Origin: an uncultured Acidobacteriota bacterium
GTDB taxonomy: Bacteria; Acidobacteriota; Terriglobia; UBA7540
Direction of reading: 5' to 3'
Assembly: GCA_963804995.1 (NCBI GenBank)
Contig: CAWDSK010000009.1
Coordinates: 128,001-192,000 of the forward strand
DNA: 64,000 bases
The notes below the pieces were generated by a model that was not told the DNA's origin, did not search any database, and worked only from the letters and a program-made list of their open reading frames with translations. Each line of letters starts with the position of its first letter. Positions within the stretch are counted from its first letter, which is position 1. A program made the position numbers and the translations under genes. Shown here piece after piece: positions 38,549 to 52,041 of the stretch.

Positions 38549-40051
38549 ATGAGCGACGCCAGTCCCAATTTCTCCGAATTCAAGAAGCTTGCCGCCCACG
38601 GCAATGTCGTGCCCGTGTATCGCACGATCGTCGCGGACTTGTTGAGCCCTGTCTCAGCCTTCCTTAGTCTTTCGCCTCAGCATGGACGCGCCACCGGCTC
38701 ACACTCCCACAGCTTCCTACTCGAAAGCGTGGAGGGTGGCGAGCGTGTGGGCCGCTACACTTTCTTTGGCGTCGACCCTTTCCAAATCGTCTCCTGCCGC
38801 GGCGACCGCATCACCGTCACGCGGGGAGCGCACCGTGAAGAGCAGCGGGGCAACGTCTTTGAATTCCTGCGCCGCCTGGGGGCGCGCTACCACTCGGTCA
38901 CGATCGCGGGCCTCCCGCCCTTCACGGCCGGCGCGGTCGGCTATCTTTCCTACGAAGCCGTGCGTATGCTGGAGCGACTGCCGGCGCGCGTCGCCCCGAA
39001 CGTCGATCTGGACGATGCGGTCTTCATGTATTTCTCGAACGTGCTGGCTTTCGATCACGTACAGCATCGCCTTTTCCTGATCTCCAACGTGCTGACGGAA
39101 GAAGGTAAGGGAAGCCTGCGATCAAAATACGACGCGGCCTGCCGTCAACTCGATCACCTGGAAGGGTTGCTGAGCCGCCCGCTGCGCCTGCCCCGGGCCC
39201 GCCCTCCGCGCGGAGCCTTGCGGGTTCGTCCCAACATGTCGCGACAGAAGTACGAGGCGATGGTCGAGCGCTCGAAGGAGTACATCCGCGCCGGCGACAT
39301 ATTCCAGGTAGTGCTTTCGCAACGCATGAAAGTGCCCGTGCGGGTTCCGGCCTTCGATGTCTACCGCGCTCTGCGTGTGGTCAATCCCTCGCCCTACATG
39401 TATTACCTGCGCATGGGCGAAGCCACGGTGCTCGGTTCGTCACCGGAAATGCTGGTGAAAGTCTCCGGCCGCAACGTGGAGTATCGGCCGATTGCGGGTA
39501 CACGACCGCGCGGCAAATCGGAGGAAGAGGATAAACGCCTGGAAGAGGACCTCCGCTCTGACGCCAAGGAGTGTGCCGAGCACATCATGCTGGTTGATCT
39601 TGGCCGCAACGACGTGGGGCGCGTCTCAGAATTCTCAAGCGTGCGGCCCAAGGAAATCATGTTTGTGGAGCGCTACTCGCACGTGATGCACCTGGTCTCG
39701 CAAATCACCGGGCGCCTGCGTCCCGATGCGGACAGCTACGCCGCGCTCGCCGCCTGCTTCCCCGCCGGCACGCTGACCGGCGCGCCCAAGGTCCGGGCCA
39801 TGGAAATCATCGACGAACTCGAGCCCACGCGCCGTGGCCTTTACGGTGGGTCAGTGCTCTATCTCAACTTCTCCGGCAATCTAAATTCCTGCATTGTCAT
39901 CCGCACAGTATTCATCAAAGATAAAGTGGCCTACCTGCAAGCCGGCGCCGGCATCGTGGCCGATTCCGTCCCGGCGCGCGAATATGAGGAGTGCCTGAAC
40001 AAGGCCCGCGCCGTACTCCGCGCCTTCGAACTCGCCGAAAAAGGTTTGTAA
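38549..40051 (+). CDS. trpE: Anthranilate synthase component I
   Basis: FLLESVEGG, GDIFQVVLSQR, NPSPYM, SSPE, PIAGT, EHIMLVDLGRND, FPAGTLTGAPK, QAGAGIVADS. Confidence 0.95.
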   Translation: MSDASPNFSEFKKLAAHGNVVPVYRTIVADLLSPVSAFLSLSPQHGRATGSHSHSFLLESVEGGERVGRYTFFGVDPFQIVSCRGDRITVTRGAHREEQRGNVFEFLRRLGARYHSVTIAGLPPFTAGAVGYLSYEAVRMLERLPARVAPNVDLDDAVFMYFSNVLAFDHVQHRLFLISNVLTEEGKGSLRSKYDAACRQLDHLEGLLSRPLRLPRARPPRGALRVRPNMSRQKYEAMVERSKEYIRAGDIFQVVLSQRMKVPVRVPAFDVYRALRVVNPSPYMYYLRMGEATVLGSSPEMLVKVSGRNVEYRPIAGTRPRGKSEEEDKRLEEDLRSDAKECAEHIMLVDLGRNDVGRVSEFSSVRPKEIMFVERYSHVMHLVSQITGRLRPDADSYAALAACFPAGTLTGAPKVRAMEIIDELEPTRRGLYGGSVLYLNFSGNLNSCIVIRTVFIKDKVAYLQAGAGIVADSVPAREYEECLNKARAVLRAFELAEKGL

Positions 40052-40085
40052 CCGCACCCCTTGAGCAACCCCGTCCCTTCCCTCA

Positions 40086-40215
40086 GAAGCTGTGAAAAAA
40101 TCCCGTTGTAGCGGCGGTCTCCGACCGCCGACCGTCGATCGGAGATCGACGCTACAAAGGGCACGGCGGTCGGAGACCGCCGCCACAACTCGCGACAATC
40201 TTTTTTCACAGCTTC
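40086..40215. mobile_element. MITE with TIR GAAGCTGTGAAAAAA and TCA target duplication
   Basis: Perfect 15-bp TIR; TCA at 40083-40085 and 40216-40218; internal GTAG REP hairpin. Confidence 0.8.
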
Positions 40216-40235
40216 TCAAGGGTGAGAGATCCCGA

Positions 40236-41270
40236 CTAAATCGTTCGGGTGACGATGTGCAATGAGCGGGGCTTGTCCGGATCCAATCCCTTAATCTCCG
40301 CCAGCAGCGCGGCAAAAATTTGTCCTGGAACGATGTAAGGAATGGTTGAATAGATTTCCGGCATCTCGCCCGGTACCCGGATGACCCGCATCGCTGCCGG
40401 AATGCGCGTCTTGGGACCCGAGATGGCCACCACCTCTGCCCCCAGCTTGCGCAGCCGCACCGTCAGGTCCCGCATGTCTTTGAACGTCTTGCCCGGCGGC
40501 ATGAAGATAAACGCCGGGAAATCACGCTCGATCAACGCGATGGGTCCGTGGAGAAAGTCCGCGGCGGAGAAGCGCTCCGCGATGACGTAACAGGTTTCCA
40601 TCAGCTTCAAGGAGAACTCAAAGGCGTTGCCATAATTGATGCCGCGGCCCACGACCACGCAATGATTCATGTAACGGTAGCGCTCCACCAACTCGCGCAG
40701 GTCGGGAATCAGCTTGAGCGTTTCCTTCACGCGATCCGGTACCTCACTGAGGCTTTCCATCGTCACGGTGGTGCCCAGGGCAGCGGCGAGGAGATAGAAG
40801 ACCATCAGTTGGCCTGTGTAGGTTTTGGTGGCCGCCACGGAGCGCTGCTTGCCTGCGTGTACCAGGAAGACTTCATCCACCAGCTTGGCCATGGTGGAGT
40901 CCTTTTCGTTCGTAATGCCTATCGTATAGCCGCCCCGGCGTTTGGCCGCCTCAAGCACCATGTTGATGTCCGCGCCCTCACCGGATTGCGAAATGGCCAC
41001 TACCAATGCCTGGCGATAATCCAACTCAGTCCCGTAAACCGTCTGTACTGATGGGGCACAGAGTGAAACCGGAATGCCCGTGGTAATCTCCGTCAGGTAG
41101 CGGCCAAACCGCGCGGCGTTGTCAGATGTTCCCCGTGCTACCAGCACTACCAAACGGAAATTCCGCTGGCGAGCCGCCTTCATGAATTCCAAAGCATGCG
41201 CCCGCTCCGCCTTGAAGGTCGCCCGCAGGGCCTGGGGCTGTTCCAAAACTTCTTTCAACATGAGTGACAT
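40236..41270 (-). CDS. Double-SIS domain sugar-phosphate isomerase/deaminase (GlmS C-terminal-like, no glutaminase domain)
   Basis: MLKEVLEQP, ARGTSDNA, ISQSG, VAATKTY, LKLMET, FLHGP, GLDPDKPRSL. Confidence 0.9.
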   Translation of the reverse strand: MSLMLKEVLEQPQALRATFKAERAHALEFMKAARQRNFRLVVLVARGTSDNAARFGRYLTEITTGIPVSLCAPSVQTVYGTELDYRQALVVAISQSGEGADINMVLEAAKRRGGYTIGITNEKDSTMAKLVDEVFLVHAGKQRSVAATKTYTGQLMVFYLLAAALGTTVTMESLSEVPDRVKETLKLIPDLRELVERYRYMNHCVVVGRGINYGNAFEFSLKLMETCYVIAERFSAADFLHGPIALIERDFPAFIFMPPGKTFKDMRDLTVRLRKLGAEVVAISGPKTRIPAAMRVIRVPGEMPEIYSTIPYIVPGQIFAALLAEIKGLDPDKPRSLHIVTRTI

Positions 41271-41340
41271 GAATTCCTCTGTCTCGAGCTCTGCCACGGC
41301 AGACGGGGACGATCTTCTTGGGGCGATTCTCGAAGGGTTG

Positions 41341-41622
41341 TTAATGATACCGGATTTGGATTTTAGCGTGGAGGGGGATCAGCGTGTAGTCGAACTCCTC
41401 CAGCGCTTCATCCTTTTCGGTGATGACCAGAAGGTATTTCCCGATCTTGGCGATGAGGCCGCTGGAGGTTATCCGCGATCCCACAAAAGAGGTGCCCTGG
41501 CGCATGGCGTCGAAATCCGGGAGCTTGCCGCGCGTGGTGCTGTGTGCGTCTTCCCAATCCACCTCGCCGGGCCGGAACCGAACTCCTTGAATCGAGACAC
41601 CCTTTGGCTTACGCATGACCAC
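41341..41622 (-). CDS. Small hypothetical protein
   Basis: Clean 93-aa ORF with GGAG RBS; EVDWEDAH motif. Confidence 0.6.
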   Translation of the reverse strand: MVMRKPKGVSIQGVRFRPGEVDWEDAHSTTRGKLPDFDAMRQGTSFVGSRITSSGLIAKIGKYLLVITEKDEALEEFDYTLIPLHAKIQIRYH

Positions 41623-42012
41623 TCCATGATATTAGATGCTGTATGAATCGGCGGGACGCTCCCGCTATAGCTTTACAAGGCTACCGACCATTTCCGCTGG
41701 TTGCAAGACTTATCTTTGGTGAATTTTTGTCCCTTTCCCAAGGGGTCAATCTGGGTGGCTTTAACCCCTTGACGGCAAGCTACTTGGCGTCAAGCCCCGG
41801 TTCGGAAAGGGTTCTGGTTTTGTGGGGCCGGGGGGAATCAGCAGAATAGATCGAGTTTAGGACAGATGGTCATTTGGCCACTCGCCGATACCTCACAATT
41901 CATTCATTCTAAGCAAGTTGTCCAGCAGTTTGTTTGTCCTAGAAAACAGTCAGCGGGCAAAAAGGGCAAGCGCGGCGAGGGTTGGTCTCTCGCCGCGCTC
42001 AGGATAAGGCAA

Positions 42013-43674
<1,662 letters not shown>

Positions 43675-43694
43675 GGTTGGTTCCTTTAATAACT

Positions 43695-43876
43695 CGGCTT
43701 TCGGGACACGGGATACGGGACACGGGACACGCCAGAATCCCAAATCTATGGCTCCAAATCCCATGTCTCTTCGAATTCGGGGCTCTGTATTCGTGCTTTG
43801 CCCAAGCCCCACGTCTCTTTGAACTCAACGTTCGGGTTTTTCCCGTGTCCCGAATCCCGTGTCCCTTGTCCCGAGT
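43695..43876. repeat. Inverted heptamer arrays (CGGGAYA / TCCCGTG)
   Basis: Same unit family as 5531-5757, between the aminotransferase and pckA. Confidence 0.8.
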
Positions 43877-43878
43877 TT

Positions 43879-45096
43879 TTACAGCCAGTCCCTCACCAGC
43901 TTCCGGTCGCCGAGATAAAGCTCGTTGGCCGAGTTGGGATCAAGCGCCCACTGAATGCGCTCCAGTCCTTCCGTAACATCCTTGATAGTGCCGCAGTAGC
44001 TGAGCCGCAAGTGACCTTCGAAACCGAATTCCTTGCCGGGCACCGCGACCACCCGCACTTTTTGCAGGAGGAAATTCGCGAGCTTCTGCGAATCCTTCAT
44101 ATAGGCACTGAAATCCGGGAAGCAATAGAACGTGCCCTCGGGCTTGTGGACCTTCACGCCCGGGATGGCCTCCAGGCGATCGATCATTACATTGCGATTG
44201 TTCTCGAGAGTCATGCGCAGGCTCTCGACAGACGATTGCACGCCGTTCAGCGCTCCCACGGCCGCCCATTGAGAGGGCGCCGCGGGGCCGGAAGTCTGCT
44301 GCGATTGGATGTTTCCCATCGCCTCGGCCAGCTCGGAGTTGGCGATGGCCCAGCCGATGCGGAAGCCGGTCATGGCGTAAGTCTTCGATACGCCGTTGAT
44401 GACCACCAGCTTCGATTGCTCGATCGGGGTCTCCGTGAAGTCGTAGCAGAGCGGCGCGCTGCGGCCGTCAAAAACCAGCCGGTTATAGATGTCGTCCATG
44501 ATCAGATAGAGGCTCTTCTTCTCGCAGAGCTCGACCATCTCGTGGATAAAGTCGCGTGAGTACATGGCCCCGGACGGGTTGTTGGGGCTGTTCAGAATAA
44601 TGGCCTTCGTATAAGAACCCACCGCGTCAGCAATTTCGCGCACGGTGGGATAGAACGTGCCGTCTTCCGCCGTCACCGGGATCGGCACGCCCCCGGCCAG
44701 CTTCACCATCTCCGGGTAGCTCACCCAGTAAGGTGCGGGAAAAATCACTTCTTCTTTGGGGTCGACAATCGCGAGCAGCAGCACCATAAGAGCTTGCTTG
44801 GCGCCACCTGAAACCAGAACGTTATCCGCCGAGACGAGCTTGTGATAATGCTCCTCCGTGTAGCGGACGACGGCCTTCTTCAAGGAAGGAATGCCATCCG
44901 GTGCCGTGTACCGAACTTCACCCGTGTTCAGCAGCGCCGTGCAGTTGATCACCGCATCGAGCGGCGCCTTGCTTTTCGGTTCACCCCCACCCAGGTGGAT
45001 GACGGGCTCGCCCTTTTCCCTGAGCAACGCGGCGGTTTCGTTCAGCTTCAGGGTGGGCGACTCACAGATGGATCTTGCTAGTTGACTTAAGCTCAT
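43879..45096 (-). CDS. PLP-dependent class I/II aminotransferase (aspartate aminotransferase-like)
   Basis: GAKQAL, PAPYWVSY, NSPNNPSG, DDIY, SKTYAMTGFRIG, LRLSY. Confidence 0.93.
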   Translation of the reverse strand: MSLSQLARSICESPTLKLNETAALLREKGEPVIHLGGGEPKSKAPLDAVINCTALLNTGEVRYTAPDGIPSLKKAVVRYTEEHYHKLVSADNVLVSGGAKQALMVLLLAIVDPKEEVIFPAPYWVSYPEMVKLAGGVPIPVTAEDGTFYPTVREIADAVGSYTKAIILNSPNNPSGAMYSRDFIHEMVELCEKKSLYLIMDDIYNRLVFDGRSAPLCYDFTETPIEQSKLVVINGVSKTYAMTGFRIGWAIANSELAEAMGNIQSQQTSGPAAPSQWAAVGALNGVQSSVESLRMTLENNRNVMIDRLEAIPGVKVHKPEGTFYCFPDFSAYMKDSQKLANFLLQKVRVVAVPGKEFGFEGHLRLSYCGTIKDVTEGLERIQWALDPNSANELYLGDRKLVRDWL

Positions 45097-45781
45097 ATGC
45101 GTTCCTTCGCAAAGAGATTTTTCGAGCGGCCCCATAAAAGCACAATTTACTTTTTCATGCTAGAAGTGCATTTTTATAGGAACCATAACCATTTCGCAAG
45201 AAGACATAATGTCTCGATGCATTTAACGTGATGTTCCTGTGCGCATTACCTCATAGGTCTGGTGCAGGGCGGGACAAGCGCCGCCGGCACGGTCTACCAT
45301 CTGAAAGCTAGCCTATGCTATTGGCCCAGCGATGACGTTGCTGCCTTAACCCCTATCCCCACCTCGGCCGAAGGTCTGTCGATCTTTGTGGCGGCCGGGT
45401 AACTGGTCACGGCGCCTGGCATTTTGCTACGGGTGGCCACGGAAGTCGGTCGGCTCACACGCCAAGCAAACAGGTGAGGATAGTCTCCCGTCCGCGACAA
45501 TATATAGCAATTAATGGTCCCTTCAAAGACATAAAGTAGTAGGTGTCCTGATTCCTGTCCCGTTCCTGTCGGATCTGATGGTCGGCGCTACTTCACCCCA
45601 ACTTATGGCGTAATTCGTGTAATCTCGGCGAAAAACTCTGATTGATTGTTGTCAATCATCGCAAAACTCCGGAATTTTCTGCAAAAAGCTCGAATAATAG
45701 CCTGACATTTTGTCCCTTCTCCTGTGTTTTCATACACATCGCCGGATCGACCTTCATTTTTAACATCTCTACGGATCAGTG

Positions 45782-47726
45782 GGTTGTGTCAAGAATTTTT
45801 GTCCCCTAAGGCGATAACCCATTGAATTGCTGGGAGAAACTGGATTTTCTGCTTTCTCCCCCCTCCGGGTGCGCTTGACTAGGACGTTGGCGTGAGGTGC
45901 GGTCGGGTTGCCGCGCTTAAGTTCCTGGACGTAACTGCGTCGTGGGGCTTGACGGCAAACAAAAAGGGCGGTGAAGTCTCTCTTTCCCAATCCACCTTGT
46001 AGGGAACCCGCCAGGTTCCCGAGAGACTCACCGCCATGGGCAAGATACCACGATTGGTGCTTTGGCTCTGTAGGAAATTTACCCGCCAGGATTTGCAGGA
46101 ACTGGTCGAGCAACTGCAAGAGATTCTCGCCGGGCGCCAGCCCGAGCCTCAACCCCGCGACGACTTTCGCCAGCAGCATCCACACTATCGCGACTTCTAC
46201 GTTGACCCTCTGGCTCCCTTGACCCAGCCGCCTCCGGCACCTCGCACCTGGAACTGGCGGCAGTTGCTGGCTCAGTACCAGCGCCAGCACCGCCGACCGT
46301 TGGCTCCGATTCAGCGTTCTGGCGCCCACCCCCTGCCTCCCACTTGTCGTTGTGCCCACTGCGGCGCACCGCGCGACTTCCTCTACCTCAACGATGGCCG
46401 TCACGCCCGCCAACTGCGCTGCAAAGTCTGTGGCCGGCTGTCGCAAATCGCTCGTCGTCATCGCCCGACGAAAACTCCTTACTGGTGCCCCTACTGCGGC
46501 AGCTCCCTCTTCCGCTGGAAGCAGCGTGCCGATTGCACCATCTACAAATGTCCTGGCGAGCGTTGTCCTCACTATCTCCAGAAGCAGCAAGCCCTGCACT
46601 GGAACGAGAAGTTGCTCCAGAAGCTGCGCCGCACGCAGTTCAAGCTGCGTTACCAGTATCGCGAATACCACTTTCAACCCGCCCAACTGGCCCCCACCGC
46701 TCCCGATCCGCCCACCGTCGACCTCACCCGTCTGCATCGTTCTTCCGATGTCTTGGGCCTGGTGTTGGCCTTCCACATCTCTTTCGCCCTCTCCGCCCGC
46801 AAGACCGCCCAGGTCCTGCGGCAAGTCTTCGGCGTGCCTCTCAGCTACCAGTCCGTTCTCAACTATGCCCAGGCCGCCGCTTACTACTGCCACGCCTTCA
46901 ACCTCCGCTACAAAGCCCCGCTCAGCGCCACCGCCACCGGCGACGAGACTTATATTCGCGTCGCGGGGAAGCACCCATACACGTTCTTCTTTCTCGATCC
47001 CCAAGGGCATCGCATCACGTCCTATCACGTGGCGCCGGAGCGCGATGCCTTGGCCGCCACCGTGGCCCTGGGCGAGGCCGCGCGCACCTTGCCCGAAGAT
47101 CAGGCCCTGCGTTTCATCACCGACGGCAACCCCGCTTATCAGGCCGGCGTACACTTCCTCAACGCTCACCGCACCGCTTCCCAACCTCCCCATACCTTGC
47201 GGCAGGTCATCGGCCTGGAAAACCTCAACGCGGTCTCCAAGGAATTCCGCCCCTTCAAGCAACTCATCGAACGTCTCAATCGCACCTACAAATACCACGT
47301 CCGCCCGGCTTGCGGCTTTGCCACGCGCAACGGCGCCGTGGCCCTCACCACCCTGTTCGTCACCCACTACAACTTCCTTCGCCCCCATCTGGCCCTGGGC
47401 TACCGCGTACCCATCCCCTTGCCGGAGTTGAGTTCCCTCACCACCTTGCAAGGCCAGTGGAACAAGATCCTCGCTCTCGCCCTGGCGGCCTGAGCCCGGT
47501 GGGAGTAAACTTCGCGGTGGCCGGGGCGGAGGATAGGGCTCCGCAGGGATGCGACCTGAGCGCCGACCCCGGGGCCGAGATCGGTCGGGAGCGAGCCCCA
47601 CTCGCTCCCCCAGTCCAGACCCATCTTGGCACCAAAGCGATAAATCCTGGGGGTCTGGGGGCAAATCCCCCAGCTCTACCCACCTCCCGACCCTTCATTA
47701 CCTTTCATAAAACTTTTGACAGAACC
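45782..47726 (+). mobile_element. IS6-like insertion sequence, 1945 bp
   Basis: Imperfect TIRs GGTTGTGTCAAGAATTTT / GGTTCTGTCAAAAGTTTT; 8-bp flanks GATCAGTG (45774-45781) and GATCAGCG (47727-47734). Confidence 0.85.
46036..47493 (+). CDS. DDE transposase with N-terminal zinc-ribbon motifs
   Basis: GDETY, ITDGNPAY, IERLNRTYK triad; CAHC, CKVC, CPYC, CPGERC. Confidence 0.88.
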   Translation: MGKIPRLVLWLCRKFTRQDLQELVEQLQEILAGRQPEPQPRDDFRQQHPHYRDFYVDPLAPLTQPPPAPRTWNWRQLLAQYQRQHRRPLAPIQRSGAHPLPPTCRCAHCGAPRDFLYLNDGRHARQLRCKVCGRLSQIARRHRPTKTPYWCPYCGSSLFRWKQRADCTIYKCPGERCPHYLQKQQALHWNEKLLQKLRRTQFKLRYQYREYHFQPAQLAPTAPDPPTVDLTRLHRSSDVLGLVLAFHISFALSARKTAQVLRQVFGVPLSYQSVLNYAQAAAYYCHAFNLRYKAPLSATATGDETYIRVAGKHPYTFFFLDPQGHRITSYHVAPERDALAATVALGEAARTLPEDQALRFITDGNPAYQAGVHFLNAHRTASQPPHTLRQVIGLENLNAVSKEFRPFKQLIERLNRTYKYHVRPACGFATRNGAVALTTLFVTHYNFLRPHLALGYRVPIPLPELSSLTTLQGQWNKILALALAA

Positions 47727-48194
47727 GATCAGCGCCCCGTTCTGGACGTTTGTCGACGTGTTCGTGAGGTGCAATGGCCAATTTAGTTGGAACGCCTCCC
47801 GTGCCAAAACGAAACTCTCCGTGTCCTCCCTAACGCAACACCGCAAATTCTTTTTTTGGCATGAGTTTTGAATTTCACGTAGGGCCGACGCTCGCGTCGG
47901 CCTTGGCCGGGGCGAGCCCCGGCCCTACAAAACCGTAGGGGAATCTGGTTCCCATGTTGGGTGGCGGCTCTGCCCCGCTGCGCCTCTCAAGCCTTAACAC
48001 CGAGCGCCCATACCATCTCCGTGACCTCCGCGTTAAAGCTCGTCTGGACACATCGGGGCGCTACGCTTCCTCAACTCTATTGTGCGCCCCATCGACTGGG
48101 GTAAGTCAATACCCCGACGTACGATTTGGGCTACCGGTAGCCCCAAAATGCAAGGAGAGCAGCGGATTGTCCGAAAAAAATGCCATGGGCATCC

Positions 48195-48322
48195 GAAGCT
48201 GTGAAAAAATCCCATCAAACCTTTCACCGCGGAGACGCGGAGGCGCAGAGGTTTGAAAACAAAGGGCCATTTCTCTGCGTCTCAGCGACTCAGCGGTGAA
48301 AATGGTATTTTTTCACACCTTC
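48195..48322. mobile_element. MITE with TIR GAAGCTGTGAAAAAA and TCC target duplication
   Basis: Same TIR as 40086-40215 (one mismatch); TCC on both sides; different internal hairpin. Confidence 0.75.
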
Positions 48323-48338
48323 TCCTGCCCGTGACCCC

Positions 48339-48695
48339 TTACCGCATGTGCAGACGATGTGCGGGCAGGCTGGGCAGGCGCAACACGGAGGATTCCCAAC
48401 TTTCGGGGACGGGTGTCCAATCGCGCGAGAAGAAGTCGGAGGTGGTCAAGCTGATCAAGATAGCCAGCCAAAGCAGGGAGGAAAGTATCACCACGCGCAT
48501 CACGTAAGAACTCCAGCGCAAGTGCATGAAGAACAGGAGGACCAGCGTGGCTTTGCAACTGGCGATGATGAGGGCCACGATGGTGTTCCACACGCCCAGG
48601 TCGACGTACGCCATGCCCGTGGTCAGAGCCGTCAGCCCCAGCAGCGAGCCGAAAATCAGGAGATAGGTTTTCACCGGAACCACATGACCCAGCAT
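48339..48695 (-). CDS. coxD: Cytochrome c oxidase subunit IV
   Basis: LIIASCKATLVLLFFMHL motif. Confidence 0.9.
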   Translation of the reverse strand: MLGHVVPVKTYLLIFGSLLGLTALTTGMAYVDLGVWNTIVALIIASCKATLVLLFFMHLRWSSYVMRVVILSSLLWLAILISLTTSDFFSRDWTPVPESWESSVLRLPSLPAHRLHMR

Positions 48696-49344
48696 TCAGT
48701 AACGCCCTCCAATCAAGTACAAAAGCGGGAAGAGGAAAATCCAAACGATGTCGACGAAGTGCCAGTAGAGGCCTGCGGTCTCTACGGCGTTGTAATGCAG
48801 CGGGCCGTAGCGGCCCCTCCAGGCCTGCACCACCAGTACGCTGAGGACTCCCAAGCCGATCACCATGTGCAGCGCGTGCACGCCCGTCATGAGGAAATAG
48901 AAGCAGAAGAAAAGCTCGACTGCCTTGGCGTGGGGGCCGCTGAAGGTGAAGTTCAGGCCGGGCGCAAAGCCTTCGAGATAATCGTGATGCCACTCGAGGG
49001 TCAGCTTGATAACGACGAACGCCAAGCCCAGCGCCATGGTCAGGAGCAGGAAGGTCACGATCGCCTTGCGCTTGCCCAATTGCGCGGCACGCACCGCCAG
49101 GGCCATGGTCAAGCTGCTGCAAATCAATACCACCGTGTTGATGGCGCCGATGGTGACGTTCAGCAGGTGGCTGCCTTCAATGAATCCGGGCTGGTAGAGC
49201 TTGCGGTAGATCGTATAACCCGCAAAGAGCCCACCGAAGAACATCACTTCGGTGGCGAGGAAGACCCACATGCCGAGGCTGGCGGCCTCGTGCTGCTGCT
49301 CCAGATCCTCGAATTGGTGCGCCGGTGCGCCCATGGCATGAGCC

Positions 49345-49352
<8 letters not shown>
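48696..49352 (-). CDS. coxC: Cytochrome c oxidase subunit III
   Basis: [36 protein letters not shown]. Confidence 0.93.
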
Positions 49353-50966
<1,614 letters not shown>

Positions 50967-50967
<1 letters not shown>

Positions 50968-51908
50968 TATTTCGGCGCCTTCCCTTCTTCCTTGCTCAAA
51001 GACTTGATGTAGGCAATTAATTGCAACAACTGTTCTTCCGTCACCTGGCCCTTGTAGGTGGGCATGATGGGTGGGTAGCCCGCCACGATTTTGACGGAGG
51101 GATAGATGACCGACTCGCGCAGGTAGGCGTCATCCGCCACTACCGTCGAGCCGTCGGCGAGTTTCACCGGCTTGCCGTAAATGTTATTCAGGGAGGGCGC
51201 CCGGCCGGTTCCGTGGCAGGTGATGCAAGCGAGTTGGTCGTAAAGCTTGGCGCCGGCCTGCGACATGGACTCACCGCGGATGCCGCCGCTTACCCACTGC
51301 TCGTAATCGATGGGCTCCATCACAATGACCTCGCCCAGCATCCGGGCGTGGTTGGTGCCGCAATACTGGTCGCAAAAGAGGTGAAACCTGCCAGTCTGGG
51401 TCGCCTGAAACCACAGCGTCGTGTACATGCCCGGCACCACATCCTTCTTGATACGGAAGGCGGGGACGGAGAAATCGTGAATGACATCCTCGGAGGTCAT
51501 GGTCAACTTGATGGGCCGGTTGACGGGCACGTGCAGCTCATTGATCTCCGCCAGGCCCTCAGGATGCTGGATCTTCCACATCCACTGCTTGCCCACCACG
51601 AAAATCTCCGTGGCCGCCGCCGGGGGACGTGAATTCCGGATGAACAGGCTGGTTCCCCAGAGGAAGACCACCACCACCAGCACCAGGGGAATCGCCGTCC
51701 ACAGAAGCTCCAGCGGAATGTTGCCTTCGATTTGCTTGGGCTGGTCCTGCTCCGAACGGCGCCGGTAACGAAGCGCGAAATAAAAGATAGTGAGAAAAAT
51801 TACCGCGGTAAAGAAAAGGTCGATGGCAGTGAGGAAGTAGTAGAGATGATCCACACCGCGCGCGATGGTGGAAGCTTGTTCCGGCCTAATGGGGATGCCT
51901 TGCAACAT
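50967..51908 (-). CDS. coxB: Cytochrome c oxidase subunit II with fused cytochrome c (caa3 type)
   Basis: [18 protein letters not shown]uA site, C-terminal CITCH. Confidence 0.95.
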
Positions 51909-51919
51909 TCTTCACCTTT

Positions 51920-52041
51920 GGCATTTTGGATTTTGGAGGGCTTGAGCTTTCAGCGATCAGCTTTCAGCTAAAGTGTTGGCTGACCGCTGAGCGCTGATAG
52001 GTTCTTGAATCCAAAATCCAAAATCTAAAATCAAAAATCCA
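51920..52041. repeat. Nested inverted heptamer arrays (TTTTGGA / TCCAAAA around TTTCAGC / GCTGA..)
   Basis: Lies between SCO and coxB and overlaps the SCO stop codon. Confidence 0.8.

Noticed and set aside
45769..47664. 631-aa antisense ORF and two long alternative-frame ORFs over the transposase
   Set aside because: No recognisable motifs; explained by the strongly C-biased codon usage of the transposase giving few stops in shadow frames
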